IMG/VR virus record: IMGVR_UViG_3300032216_000715
Location: 1 to 57,150 of that record
Direction: 5' to 3' (one strand)
DNA length: 57,150 nt
From: a virus
Taxonomy: Duplodnaviria > Caudoviricetes
Within the stretch, counting starts at the first letter, position 1. The number at the start of each line of letters is the position of its first letter. The translations under genes and the position numbers were made by a program. Below, piece after piece: positions 44,287-54,267 of the stretch. The notes beneath the pieces were generated by a model. That model had not been told where the DNA came from, searched no databases, and saw nothing but the letters and a program-made list of their open reading frames with translations.

Positions 44287-44925
44287 TTACACAAGCCGAG
44301 GCGGGCGGACCCGCGTCGTGTTACGCGTAAGACCGCGATTACGCTCAGTCTTCGCTTCACCGATGGCTGACTCAAACCACAAGCGATACTTCTGGGCCGA
44401 TGTTGGATCATAGTATGGCTGGTTTGGGGTGTCGTACAAACGTGCGCGGGCACCAAAACCAATGGCTTCCGCCCAGCGCTGATACACGAGATCGTCTACC
44501 GTTGTGGATGCACGGGTGGGTTTAAGAGCCACAATAATATTCAGGCCATTGTCCATACGGTAATCGCTGAATGGTGCGACAATAACCTCGTCTGGAACAT
44601 CCTGCGTGAGGTACTGAGGACGCCCGCCCATCTGTCGCCAATCGAGTGGGTAGATACGCTGGAGGTCTTCCTGACTCTTAAAGGTCAATGGAAGGTTCCC
44701 AACCCAGCCTGCGATTACACGGGCAAGTGTAGTTCCTGTGGGCAGATCAAGTTCATAAGCGCTGATTCGCGGCAGAAGAGTAATCGGATCGTGTGTGTAC
44801 ACGATGTAGTCCGACTTCTCGCAGAACTCGATGCACGCGTTGCGAATAGCGTTGGTCGCCACGAACTCCGGCACGTCGTGAACGTAGGGCAGGACTTCTG
44901 GGAAGAAGGCGTCGTAAGAGATCAA
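44287..44925 (-). CDS. Head-tail adaptor / tail tubular protein
   Basis: AIRNACIEFC pattern; position downstream of capsid. Confidence 0.6.
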   Translation of the reverse strand: MISYDAFFPEVLPYVHDVPEFVATNAIRNACIEFCEKSDYIVYTHDPITLLPRISAYELDLPTGTTLARVIAGWVGNLPLTFKSQEDLQRIYPLDWRQMGGRPQYLTQDVPDEVIVAPFSDYRMDNGLNIIVALKPTRASTTVDDLVYQRWAEAIGFGARARLYDTPNQPYYDPTSAQKYRLWFESAIGEAKTERNRGLTRNTTRVRPPRLV

Positions 44926-45611
44926 AGCTTGGCACTCCCGCGAGTTGAGGGATCGGCGTTGGCCAACTGAAGGTTCGGGTTCGTCTGAAGGATACCCGCG
45001 TCACGTTGACCGACGGCGGCGAGAAACAGTTGTAGATAGCCGCTGGCAATTGCCTGCCCTGCTGCAAAGTCACTGTCTTTTTGGTGCGCCCGAAACATGA
45101 CATAATCAAACAGGGCTGTTTGATAGATGTCCTGCACAACAAGCGTGTCAGTAAGGCTAGTCATCTCGCCCGGAAGGTGCGAGTAAACCATCTCAACATA
45201 CCCTGTGCCGGTGTTTGGCGGATAGACGTAGTATTTGTTTGGCTCCTGCGGATCGAAAATGTAGTTCTGCACTACTTCCGATGCGGCGGACGAGTGCCAA
45301 TCAGGGTTCTGAGCATCGAGAATCTCACGAGATACGATACGAACTACCCGACCTGCTACTGTACCTGAGGCGTTAGTATTACGCACAATGTACAGCAGCA
45401 TGTTGCCGTCAGGAGGAATGTTTTGCTTAGTGCCTGCTACCAGCGGAACAATTTCAGTCGAGCTGGAATTTCCGGGGGAGGCTGTAACAATGGCCCGCTG
45501 ACCGTCAGAAAGCCATAGAAGAAGCTCGGTGGTGGGCCAGCGCCTGACTGCGCCGTTGTCAACCAATTGCAGTCGGACACGATCAATGATGAGTTGTGCG
45601 GTGACTGACAT
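44922..45611 (-). CDS. Head-tail adaptor (DUF6682-like)
   Basis: RW...ELL.WL.DGQ, YVYPP, AL.DYV.FRA..KD. Confidence 0.65.
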   Translation of the reverse strand: MSVTAQLIIDRVRLQLVDNGAVRRWPTTELLLWLSDGQRAIVTASPGNSSSTEIVPLVAGTKQNIPPDGNMLLYIVRNTNASGTVAGRVVRIVSREILDAQNPDWHSSAASEVVQNYIFDPQEPNKYYVYPPNTGTGYVEMVYSHLPGEMTSLTDTLVVQDIYQTALFDYVMFRAHQKDSDFAAGQAIASGYLQLFLAAVGQRDAGILQTNPNLQLANADPSTRGSAKL

Positions 45612-45623
45612 GACTGCTCCAAC

Positions 45624-45657
45624 AAAAAATAGTGGGGAGCCTGTTACAGCTCCCCAC
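45624..45657 (-). terminator. Intrinsic terminator after the major capsid gene
   Basis: - strand GTGGGGAGC-loop-GCTCCCCAC then TATTTTTT. Confidence 0.85.
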
Positions 45658-45670
45658 CATTGTACCTCAA

Positions 45671-46714
45671 TTAGAGATACTGCGCAATCGCAAGCGATTC
45701 CGGCTTGATCGTCTTGTAGCCGTAGATGTTCAGGCCACGGACGAGCGTGCCGAAGTCGTTGGGGTTCTGAAGGCTCTCGACCTTCGCAATCTGCGAAGCG
45801 AACGTGATAGCCGTCGTGTGACCAGCGATAATCAGCTTACGGGCAACAGCGTTGGCAGAGATGCCGGTGCCGGTCGTGGTGGCATCGAAGTTCTGACCAG
45901 CAGCAGCCGTTGGGAGCAAGTTGGAAACATAAACCGTGAAGCGGTCGATGGTGCCGATCTTGCCGTTGCGCAGGATGCTCTGTGCGTCACCCGTCAGGTA
46001 GGCCTGACGCAGGTTCGAGTTCATGAGCAGCGTGCGGACCTGTGGGCTGATAACGATGAAGCGATCCGTGTCAGGAACGTTCTGTTCGTCCAGAATCGAC
46101 GCCAACGCGGTGATCGTTTCGATCACGTTGGTCGCATCGAGCGACAGCGGAGCGCCACCGAACGGGTTGGTCGAGGCGTTGTACGTGCCGCCAGCACCGC
46201 CAACGTTGAACGAGGAGGAGCGAACGCCTGCCTTCGTGCCTGCGTTGATGCCGACACCCGTGGTCGAAGGCGAAGCCGACTTCGTCCAGCCAGCAACCGT
46301 GTCAACCGAGTTCTTAAGAATGTCGGTGTCGATGTTGATGGCCATCTGCTTGGCCGCGTCGTTGGTGAACATGTCCATCAACTTCGGCTGCGACTGATAT
46401 TCGAGAACATCAGAAACGTTAACGCCAAAATACTTCGCCAGCGAAATGTCCAGCTCGATCTTGCTCGGAGCAGGAACTTCGTAGCTCAGCGTGTTGCCGA
46501 CGGTGTAGTTGTTGATCGTAACCGACGGAATGTTGTTGATGACAACCTTATCGCCGATGTTCTTGATGTCACCTTCGTAGTTGGTGTTGGCGATTTCGCC
46601 AAAAACCGTGGTGGCATAGAACTTGGCGTTCAGCTTGCCCGACCAAATGGTCGGAATGAACGTACCCGAATAGGCCGGGCTGGTATTAAACGGGGACTGG
46701 ACGGCAATAGCCAT
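45671..46714 (-). CDS. Major capsid protein
   Basis: FIPTIWSGKL, GDKV.I, R.G.IG.IDRF.VY.SN, VRGL..YG.K..KP; follows the scaffold and precedes a terminator. Confidence 0.9.
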   Translation of the reverse strand: MAIAVQSPFNTSPAYSGTFIPTIWSGKLNAKFYATTVFGEIANTNYEGDIKNIGDKVVINNIPSVTINNYTVGNTLSYEVPAPSKIELDISLAKYFGVNVSDVLEYQSQPKLMDMFTNDAAKQMAINIDTDILKNSVDTVAGWTKSASPSTTGVGINAGTKAGVRSSSFNVGGAGGTYNASTNPFGGAPLSLDATNVIETITALASILDEQNVPDTDRFIVISPQVRTLLMNSNLRQAYLTGDAQSILRNGKIGTIDRFTVYVSNLLPTAAAGQNFDATTTGTGISANAVARKLIIAGHTTAITFASQIAKVESLQNPNDFGTLVRGLNIYGYKTIKPESLAIAQYL

Positions 46715-46766
46715 GGGTAATACTCCTGATTGGTATGGACTATGACCTTGCCGCCCCGATTAGTCT

Positions 46767-47717
46767 CTACTGGGAGAGACGGCCTTCTAGGACAGCTTGG
46801 TCGATTTCTGCTTCGATCCGCGCCTGCTCCGCATCGTTTCCTTTGTAGTTCCCACGAGCAACGTCCTTGTAGAAACGGTCGATTTCCGACATTTTCCAAA
46901 CTCGTTCGTTGGCTGGCGTGGATGCTACCGAGGAAGCCTTTGAGGTTCCGGGCGCAACTTGACGCTGTAATTCTTTCGGTACGACCTTGGGCTTAGCGGG
47001 TACCGCTGTCAGTTCTTTGAAGGCGTTGAACAGTACTGCCGTGCGATCAACGTCGTAGGATTCAAACGCGTTGTTCAGGAAGTTCTGGCGGGGCTGACCA
47101 CTCATCGTGTCAACTTCTGCCAGCCATTCAAGGAAGTCCGTATCGACATTCAGCTCTTTGTAATCGGGAACGAGGCGTTCGAGATTACTGAAATAAACGT
47201 CGCGGCGGGCTTCTCCCTGCTGCTCGGAAACACTGCCCATCTCCTCGCGGAGCTGTGCGTTTTCTGCTTTAAGCCGACTCATCTCTGCGTTCACCACGTC
47301 TGCGGCTTTGCGTCCAATGAGGTCAACTAGATCACCACCGAAGTCTTCAACGTCTTTGTCTGTTACCAAACTGCGCTGAGGTTCAGTCGGGGCTGCCTTT
47401 GATTCTTTGATTTCGGAAAGCACCTGCTTTAGCTGACTCTTCAGGTCAGCTACTTCAGCTTTGTTTCTCGCCGTTTCAGCGTTAAACATGCCTTGAAGCG
47501 TTTTATAGCGGCGTTCCCAAGTTTCATCGTCAGAATGCTTGGTAGGCTCTGGCTGAGGTTCCGGCTCTTGTTCGAGAACAGGTTCCGGTTCAACAACTGG
47601 CTCAGTTTCCGGCTCATCTGCTACTGGTTCGGGTTGAGGGTTGGCTGCATTTTGCAGTTCCTGCTCAATACGTTCAGCGGCTTCAAGTTCGGCCTGAACT
47701 TGTTTGGGTAGACTCAT
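46767..47717 (-). CDS. Capsid scaffolding protein
   Basis: Acidic Pro/Glu N-terminus, WE.RYK.LQG coiled coil, terminal AV.EGR; lies between portal and capsid. Confidence 0.75.
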   Translation of the reverse strand: MSLPKQVQAELEAAERIEQELQNAANPQPEPVADEPETEPVVEPEPVLEQEPEPQPEPTKHSDDETWERRYKTLQGMFNAETARNKAEVADLKSQLKQVLSEIKESKAAPTEPQRSLVTDKDVEDFGGDLVDLIGRKAADVVNAEMSRLKAENAQLREEMGSVSEQQGEARRDVYFSNLERLVPDYKELNVDTDFLEWLAEVDTMSGQPRQNFLNNAFESYDVDRTAVLFNAFKELTAVPAKPKVVPKELQRQVAPGTSKASSVASTPANERVWKMSEIDRFYKDVARGNYKGNDAEQARIEAEIDQAVLEGRLSQ

Positions 47718-47795
47718 GTTGTACTCCTGCTCCGGCTACGTTACGTGGTCCTTGCGGTCTCCACTTGGCGGTACGGTCTGCTGGCGGGTTGGAAG

Positions 47796-48041
47796 CTAAA
47801 GAGTGGAATCTTTTAGCTTTTCCATTAGCTTAGGTGCATCGCGCACCAAAGCTTGGAAGTCTCGGATGAGTTGAACTCTACCTTGGGTCTGTCGCAGTGC
47901 CACGTCATCACGGCTCTCTGCTAAGAACTCGTAGGCTTTCGTCAACTCAGCCTGAAATAGTTTGTCGATCTCGTCCCATCCCGGTTGGTTGGAGAACTTG
48001 TGCAGGCTCCTCAGCGCCGGTAAAGTCGGTTTAATCGACAT
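47796..48041 (-). CDS. Small conserved head-module protein
   Basis: LRQTQGR motif; lies between portal and scaffold. Confidence 0.65.
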   Translation of the reverse strand: MSIKPTLPALRSLHKFSNQPGWDEIDKLFQAELTKAYEFLAESRDDVALRQTQGRVQLIRDFQALVRDAPKLMEKLKDSTL

Positions 48042-48047
48042 ATCCGT

Positions 48048-48077
48048 AGTTTACGTCACCTGCTGTAGTCTCGTCAA
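48048..48077 (-). promoter_or_regulatory. Candidate promoter, possibly leaderless
   Basis: TTGACG-18nt-TAAACT; ATG 6 nt downstream. Confidence 0.45.
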
Positions 48078-48080
48078 CCC

Positions 48081-50144
48081 TTATTGTTGAGAAGGCGGCG
48101 AGAAGTTATCGGTGACGGGTGCGTTGTCCATCAGAGCCTGTCCGCCGCCTGCCTGTTGAGGGGCGGGCGGGGTTCCCTGCTGTTGCTGCTGCTGCTGCTG
48201 CATCATTGACTGAGCTGCAAGCTGCTGGCGGAGCTTGTTGAGGGGCGGGACAACCTTATCGACATCCATGTCGAGGTTCTTGGCCGTTTCGCGCAGGATA
48301 GCAGCGCGACCTTCGACACCGACAATCTGCATGTCCACAGGGTTTGCTGTAGCCATCAGGAACTCATTACGGCGTACCTGAGCGGTATCCTTAGCTACGA
48401 GGGAGGTTGCGCCCCGTGCGATGATGTTAACGTCACCCTTGAGGTCTGGGTCGTCGCTGAACTGCATGTTATGGTCGTACAGGCGCGTAAGCAGCGGGGT
48501 CATCACACCGATGTCGATGTTGCTAATGACTTGCTTAATCGACTTACTGGCGTTGCCCATGAGCATGGACAGGCCAGAGGCCGTGCGACCTACGCCGCCG
48601 GGTTCGCCGCCCATATATTTAGGGATGCCCGAATACTCGTCAGCCATTTCGCTGAATTTCTCGAACACGCCAACAAGCTCAGCAATGCGCGAGTCGGGCT
48701 GGTTGAACATCACCGGAGGCTGACCTGCGCCGGTCGGGTCGTTGTTGACCTGCCAAATGCGCCACGGTGTGAGCTGTGAAATATCTTCGCCGGGAGCAAG
48801 ACGGTCAACGTTGACGACAACTTGCGGTCCTGAGGCAATACCCATGTTATTGACAACGGCGCGGGCAGCCGCGTTAACGACAATTTGAGGATCACGCACC
48901 AAATCGGCGACAGAACGGCCCCAGAAACTGCCCGGAACGTCCTCGTATGACGCTACGTAATACGGCTTACGCGCAAGAAAGTCTTGGTTTATAACCGCTT
49001 TGATTACGTGTGAGCCTATGAGCCAGCCTTCAATGTGGTACTCTTTGAGGGGGTCTGGAACTTCCGACTTATCCATACCCCAGTCAATCAAGGCTTTACC
49101 TTGGACTGGCCCCCAGAACTGGAGAGCGTCGATGAGGCCGTCAACGTTCTGGGCAATCTGCGTGGTAGCCTTGCCTTCAGCAGACGCCATAGCAACGTCG
49201 TTGGTAAGCCACTCTCGCAAACCATTACGGCCATACTCATCCAATACCATGCGGATGGCTTTGTCGTCGTAACCTTCGACACCGATCATTTCGTTCAGGT
49301 CTTCACGAGACAGCTTGTGCTTCTCGATCAGGTATCCATCCTTGACACTCGTAGCGGCAGGGGACGGGTAGATGTCAAACGGGGACACACGTTCCCACTC
49401 AGAGACGAGGCCTTCAGTAACCTGCGGAGTAAACTGACCGTCTTTGCCCTGCATCCACTTGAGCGTCTTCTTCTTACGAATTACCGGCCCTTTGAGCACG
49501 GCAGACGGGAAGGTTGTGATGTCGTCGATGAAGGCATCCAGAGCCTGCATAAACCCGCCCTCGACGAGCTGGTCTTCCATCTTGTCGGCCATGCGATCAG
49601 CACGTTTACGAGCTTCTTCACGGAGTGCTGCAAGCGCCTCTTCCTTGGCCTCCTGCATCATGTCCACGACCTGATCCTGTGCGATCTGCTGACCGGACAT
49701 CAGAGCCTGTTTGATGGGCTGCGCTACGACACCGATGAGCTGCTCAGTGAGCTGCGGCGGCAAATCGGGCAGCGGAGTGGGTCGGATGGTCCATGGACGC
49801 TCAGAACCCGACTGCATAAGCACGTCACGGAGCCATGAGCCAGCAGCACGCGTCTTTACCGATGTCAGGCCCGCGTAAATCTCGGAGCCGCCCATCTCGC
49901 GGATTTGTCCAAGCTTTTCAGGGTCATACTCCGACCGACGTGCGCGCAGGTTCATAATCATGCGCGGTTCAACAGTCATCTGCTTAGCAGTACGCGCCTG
50001 ATCCCAGCATTTGCGAATATACGAGGTCAGCCCCGTAACGAAGGGCTGGTTCTGCGTCTCTTCGGCAGCTTTCCGCTCTTCATCAAGCAATACTTGAAGT
50101 GGTGCTGCTCGGACAAGACCAAGCTGTACGACTGAGGAATCCAT
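48081..50144 (-). CDS. Portal protein (podovirus type)
   Basis: 687 aa after TerL; VSPFDIYP, PGSFWG, RTASGLSML motifs; Gln-rich tail. Confidence 0.88.
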   Translation of the reverse strand: MDSSVVQLGLVRAAPLQVLLDEERKAAEETQNQPFVTGLTSYIRKCWDQARTAKQMTVEPRMIMNLRARRSEYDPEKLGQIREMGGSEIYAGLTSVKTRAAGSWLRDVLMQSGSERPWTIRPTPLPDLPPQLTEQLIGVVAQPIKQALMSGQQIAQDQVVDMMQEAKEEALAALREEARKRADRMADKMEDQLVEGGFMQALDAFIDDITTFPSAVLKGPVIRKKKTLKWMQGKDGQFTPQVTEGLVSEWERVSPFDIYPSPAATSVKDGYLIEKHKLSREDLNEMIGVEGYDDKAIRMVLDEYGRNGLREWLTNDVAMASAEGKATTQIAQNVDGLIDALQFWGPVQGKALIDWGMDKSEVPDPLKEYHIEGWLIGSHVIKAVINQDFLARKPYYVASYEDVPGSFWGRSVADLVRDPQIVVNAAARAVVNNMGIASGPQVVVNVDRLAPGEDISQLTPWRIWQVNNDPTGAGQPPVMFNQPDSRIAELVGVFEKFSEMADEYSGIPKYMGGEPGGVGRTASGLSMLMGNASKSIKQVISNIDIGVMTPLLTRLYDHNMQFSDDPDLKGDVNIIARGATSLVAKDTAQVRRNEFLMATANPVDMQIVGVEGRAAILRETAKNLDMDVDKVVPPLNKLRQQLAAQSMMQQQQQQQQGTPPAPQQAGGGQALMDNAPVTDNFSPPSQQ

Positions 50145-50195
50145 CTCGGCTCCGATTTACTATGCGCGCAACCCTATAGTATGTTATTTCTAGCG

Positions 50196-51644
50196 TTAAG
50201 TCCAGCCGTAAGCGTTTACACGCCTTACTTCCCGACGCTGCGCCTGCTGCTGAATCCCAAACATAGTCCCACCCTCAGCATGGAGGCAAGCATACTGGTG
50301 CGCGTCAGCAACGTGGGAGTGTGAGTTCTTCTCTGGGCTGGCATCCATCTCACCATTCTTCTTCAGACGGTACCGATACCCCCCTCGAAGCGCCCGAATT
50401 AGCTCCACAGCGGACGGGTCAATTAAATGCCCCGGCCCAGAGTCAATCTGGCGGGCCAAAAGCTTCTCGACAGCGGAAATACGCGCCACAACGGAGTTAG
50501 ATGGTGCCGGAACAACCCTAAAACCCTCCGCCCTCAGCACATCGAAGCAACTTTTCTCGTCAGTCTGCGCTCTCTGGCTACCGGCAGGGTCTCCAATCAC
50601 CATTATGGGCAGCCCGGCAAACCTCTCGACCAGCAGCGGGCGCAATTTCTCGACGATGAACCGTGATATGCCCATCCCCTCGCTCGAAATCGACGCAAAA
50701 GTCAGAAAACGACCGTGCAAATCGAGCTGGTTGATGGTCGCAGCAGGCGACAACCCAAAATCCATACCAATAATCAGCGGCTTTTCACCACTTCGGATGG
50801 GTCTCAAGGGTGTTTTGGCAACGTGAAAATCGGGCCGGAACGACGGAAAAACAGCCTTACCAGCCAGTGATTTCCCGAATTTGGCGTGGATATACACGTC
50901 AATCCAGTCCTCAGACTTGCCTTCTGCAAGGTTGTCGTAATAGTCCTGCGGCAGGAATTTCACCCAATCCGCTTCGGGAGACAGGCCCGACGGCTGGAAG
51001 AACACCGCAGCGTTGGCTGGCGGCTCTGACAGGAAGTTCTCCCAGAACGTATCCATATCTGGCGGGTTGGTAGCGCCCCAGACCATGGCGTTGCTCTTCC
51101 CTGTGTCAGTGACACACCCTTGGATGGGATTCCCCTTCTTATCGACCCCCCACTCAGGCCTGTGTGGCACCATCATCCCATCAGGATAACGGCCCAGACG
51201 CCCTTGGAGCGCCTCGAAGATCGTCGGGTTGATCTCTCGAAACTCGTCCAGCACCCCGAACGACGCCTGAAGCGACAGCAGACGCCTAACGTCGTTGGAG
51301 TCGTCAAGCCCTCGGAACAATACCTCGCACTCAACGTCATCAAACCTTAAAATAAACTTGTATTCGGTCTTGAGGTACGTCCCCGCAACCCCATCAGGAT
51401 ACCACTTTAGAAAATCTGGTATAGTAGTATCGCGAAGCTGCTCACGAGTATTGCGGATAACGATAGCGCGAGAGCGTCGTACACCGTCTCGGCAAGCTGC
51501 CATTTGCTTTGCATGATATGCGACTTTCATTAGTGACGCTGTGGTTTTGGTCGAACCGACCGGCCCACAAATCAGGTTGATAAACTCTGCCGATGTCAAG
51601 AACCCCGCTGCGGACAGCGGTGGCTCATAGGTCAGATTACTCAT
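50196..51644 (-). CDS. terL: Terminase large subunit
   Basis: GPVGSTKT, RNT..QLRDTT, LDE, ATNPP, nuclease GMDFG, GDPAG and SHVADA.QY. Confidence 0.93.
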   Translation of the reverse strand: MSNLTYEPPLSAAGFLTSAEFINLICGPVGSTKTTASLMKVAYHAKQMAACRDGVRRSRAIVIRNTREQLRDTTIPDFLKWYPDGVAGTYLKTEYKFILRFDDVECEVLFRGLDDSNDVRRLLSLQASFGVLDEFREINPTIFEALQGRLGRYPDGMMVPHRPEWGVDKKGNPIQGCVTDTGKSNAMVWGATNPPDMDTFWENFLSEPPANAAVFFQPSGLSPEADWVKFLPQDYYDNLAEGKSEDWIDVYIHAKFGKSLAGKAVFPSFRPDFHVAKTPLRPIRSGEKPLIIGMDFGLSPAATINQLDLHGRFLTFASISSEGMGISRFIVEKLRPLLVERFAGLPIMVIGDPAGSQRAQTDEKSCFDVLRAEGFRVVPAPSNSVVARISAVEKLLARQIDSGPGHLIDPSAVELIRALRGGYRYRLKKNGEMDASPEKNSHSHVADAHQYACLHAEGGTMFGIQQQAQRREVRRVNAYGWT

Positions 51645-51650
51645 TTACCC

Positions 51651-51911
51651 TCAACAGTCCCACTTGCGCAGCGACAGCGCCTTACGGGTCGGGCGACCCT
51701 TCTCGTCCTTCATCGGACCCGGCATACCCGACATCCGCGCACAGAACGACTTCCGACGACCGGCAGCCTTCGGCGACTTCGCAGCCTCCTTGGCCGACAC
51801 CGGCGGCTTCAGGTTCATGCCCTGCTTCTTCGCCGACGCACGTCCCTTGGCGTTCAGGCCACCTGTCGCCGATTTACCTTCTTTTCTCTGCCATGCTGGG
51901 GTCTTAGCCAC
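51651..51911 (-). CDS. Small basic phage protein (DUF6321-like)
   Basis: PAWQRKEGK..GGLNAKGRAS...RRKSFCARM...SLRKWDC. Confidence 0.75.
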   Translation of the reverse strand: MAKTPAWQRKEGKSATGGLNAKGRASAKKQGMNLKPPVSAKEAAKSPKAAGRRKSFCARMSGMPGPMKDEKGRPTRKALSLRKWDC

Positions 51912-52440
51912 AATGAGTCTCCATAACTGAACGGCACATCAAAACGAAATCGGACTGGGTTAAATCGCTTTTAGCAACATTAGCTGCCCTGCATACGAGC
52001 TGCACATTGCCAACTTCGTACCCTTGGCGGGAGTCCACGCGATCTAAGCTACAATTTGTAGGCACAGTCCCGTGGCCAAGCTCCATCGTCATATCCCATC
52101 CGGTGAGGGCGCATTTGCCGCGCTGAGTGGCCCATAGAAGCTCCAAGGCGTCTAAGCTAATAACCTCACCTTTTTTACGTTGAATGGCCTTGCCGCGAAG
52201 ATACGCGAGGTACGAGCGCACTGACTTGGTCCGTTTAAACGCTGTGTGGTGAAGCTTCTCTGGCCCCCACGTTCGCTTGTGATACGAGGTTTGCTTCTTG
52301 GACACACACGCCTTGCACCACGAGTTGTACTTGGGAGCGCCGGATACCTTTTTGCCGCTCGTGTAAAACTGCTCAAACGCGAACACGCCTTTACACTTTG
52401 TGCATTCTTTTGCCTCTACTGATGTCAGGGCCTTAGCCAT
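51904..52440 (-). CDS. HNH-like homing endonuclease with N-terminal Zn ribbon
   Basis: CTKC...CKAC; CALTG...SLDRVDS..GY..GNVQLVC...N..K. Confidence 0.8.
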   Translation of the reverse strand: MAKALTSVEAKECTKCKGVFAFEQFYTSGKKVSGAPKYNSWCKACVSKKQTSYHKRTWGPEKLHHTAFKRTKSVRSYLAYLRGKAIQRKKGEVISLDALELLWATQRGKCALTGWDMTMELGHGTVPTNCSLDRVDSRQGYEVGNVQLVCRAANVAKSDLTQSDFVLMCRSVMETHCG

Positions 52441-52879
52441 TGTCGTCGTACTCCAGTAGGTCGTCTAGGTCATCAATGTTAGAGAGATCAAAATCAGGCA
52501 CAGCAATAGGCATAACACCCTCACATACCTGTTCCAAGACACCATCTGCTTCCTCCTCGTCTTCAACGGGTGCCACATCTGGCTTGGCGTCGATAATGAT
52601 CGGCTCTTTGCCGTTTGTCTGCGGGATTACGATGGAAATGGAGAAGCCCGGACCCTGATTTTGGGGCTGAACGTTGGTTTTGGGTCGCAAATCGCCAACC
52701 TCTGCGAGGTGTTTAGCAATATCGACTATGGTATTGGTGGGAGTCGTTTGATCCCTGATGCGCTCATAGATGACATCCAACACCTGCTCATGCAGCACAC
52801 GCGACTTGGCTTTGCTCATACTACCGTCGAGGCGGTAGGTGCCTAGAACGTCCTCAAGATCGTAATCGGTGTCGGCCAT
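52433..52879 (-). CDS. Hypothetical protein, candidate terminase small subunit
   Basis: Upstream of TerL; helical core, GPGFSISI segment and acidic tail. Confidence 0.5.
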   Translation of the reverse strand: MADTDYDLEDVLGTYRLDGSMSKAKSRVLHEQVLDVIYERIRDQTTPTNTIVDIAKHLAEVGDLRPKTNVQPQNQGPGFSISIVIPQTNGKEPIIIDAKPDVAPVEDEEEADGVLEQVCEGVMPIAVPDFDLSNIDDLDDLLEYDDNG

Positions 52880-52906
52880 GGGTTAAATGCCTGTTAGGGT
52901 GTTAGG

Positions 52907-53107
52907 TCAATGCAGGGCCAAGAAGGTTTCCAGCAAATCTCTAAGCTCATCGTCAGTATAACCCTCTATGGCATCTAACGTCAACTCCAGAGGGTAACAC
53001 CAGCAGTCGTCCATGACATGGTTGCACCCTTCGGGGCCGCGATGGACGTAGAGGGTCTCGTCCTCTTCCCACTCATAGGATGTTATGGTTTCGATCAGCT
53101 CATCCAT
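52907..53107 (-). CDS. Small acidic hypothetical protein
   Basis: 66 aa with H....C.H...CWC.P; first gene of the - arm. Confidence 0.55.
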   Translation of the reverse strand: MDELIETITSYEWEEDETLYVHRGPEGCNHVMDDCWCYPLELTLDAIEGYTDDELRDLLETFLALH

Positions 53108-53451
53108 AAGGGGTTTATACGCTGCATGGTGGGCGGGGGAAAGTAGAAAGGGGTGGTGCGACCGGGACCCCCCAATCCAGACACCACCCCTTCCATCTGC
53201 ACCGCGAACGGAGCAGGGTGTAGAGACTCCCCGCAGTGTGCTTCACTACTCGGTCGATCAAGCCTTTCACATCGAGAGGCCGGGGGAGTCGAGGTGGCTG
53301 CCTTAACATGTTGGGGGTGGGTAGTATAGCAGAAATGCGATGTTTACTGATTAACACTACCTAAAAAATAGGGGTTGCTGTGAACGCGATACTTAAGTGA
53401 TCCACCCCGTGGCCGCGCCGCCGCGCCCCACCCCCCGTCCGGCCATACCCC

Positions 53452-53471
53452 TATTAACTCCAGTTAATACG
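53452..53471 (+). promoter_or_regulatory. Early palindromic box (TATTAACTCCAGTTAATACG)
   Basis: Just upstream of TTGACA at 53487; flanked by the direct repeat CGTCCGGCCAT. Confidence 0.85.
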
Positions 53472-53567
53472 TCCGGCCATTAGGTGTTGACATATTAACA
53501 GTAATCTGGTCTAAGGATCGGGCGGCGGCGCTATTGCCTCCGCATAACAACCTAAGGAATATTCAAA

Positions 53568-54173
53568 ATGAACACATTCAATCAGCGCAACGTCCAGTCC
53601 GCCGTCAACGCCTATGCAAAGGCGGAGCTTAACATGCTTGCCTACATTGTGAAGCATGGCGCGGAAGCCAAGGGTGTTGTCGTTACCGCATTGGAATCAA
53701 TGTGGACCAAATCAATTGCACCTCTGTACGTTACCGCCTTTGCCAAGTCGGGGCGCTATGCGGATAAGGCTTCGCGGGCTGTTATGGTTGGCCGCGTTAA
53801 GACCATCTGGCTTGCCAGTGCTTCGGGCCTTAACGTGGACACCAACGCATCATGGGCGGCGGAAGCCAAGCGTCTACAGGAAAGCCTCAAGTCGGCTGGA
53901 ACGGTTAAGGTGACTAAGCGCGGCACGAAAACGGCTGGCAAGGTTGTCACGGCTGGCAAGGCGCTAAACGCTAAGCAAGCAACGGCAGCGGAAGCCAAGG
54001 CCGCTAAAGCCAAGTCTCGCCGTCAGGAAGTCAAAGTCTACACGCCCGCGCAATTGCTTGAGGCGGCGTTTATCGTCACTGGCAACGCGGACCTTTCCGC
54101 CCTGCTAGTCAAAGCAACGCTTGAGCGCCGCGAACAATTGGGCAAAGCTCTTCGCGCCATCTGTGCCGAATAA
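53568..54173 (+). CDS. Basic Ala/Lys-rich early protein (201 aa)
   Basis: TAAGGA RBS, upstream TTGACA and its own terminator; apparently monocistronic. Confidence 0.75.
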   Translation: MNTFNQRNVQSAVNAYAKAELNMLAYIVKHGAEAKGVVVTALESMWTKSIAPLYVTAFAKSGRYADKASRAVMVGRVKTIWLASASGLNVDTNASWAAEAKRLQESLKSAGTVKVTKRGTKTAGKVVTAGKALNAKQATAAEAKAAKAKSRRQEVKVYTPAQLLEAAFIVTGNADLSALLVKATLERREQLGKALRAICAE

Positions 54174-54197
54174 CCCATAACACCCTAACACCAACGG

Positions 54198-54230
54198 AAC
54201 CCGCTAGTCGAAAGACTGGCGGGTTTTTTT
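54198..54230 (+). terminator. Intrinsic terminator
   Basis: AACCCGCTAGTC-GAAA-GACTGGCGGGTT then TTTTT. Confidence 0.9.
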
Positions 54231-54247
54231 GTGCCTATCGTCCGCCC

Positions 54248-54267
54248 TATTAACTGGAGTTAATACG
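54248..54267 (+). promoter_or_regulatory. Early palindromic box (TATTAACTGGAGTTAATACG)
   Basis: Left edge of the non-coding repeat region. Confidence 0.85.

Noticed and set aside
45632-46720. 362-aa + strand ORF
   Set aside because: Antisense shadow of the codon-biased capsid gene
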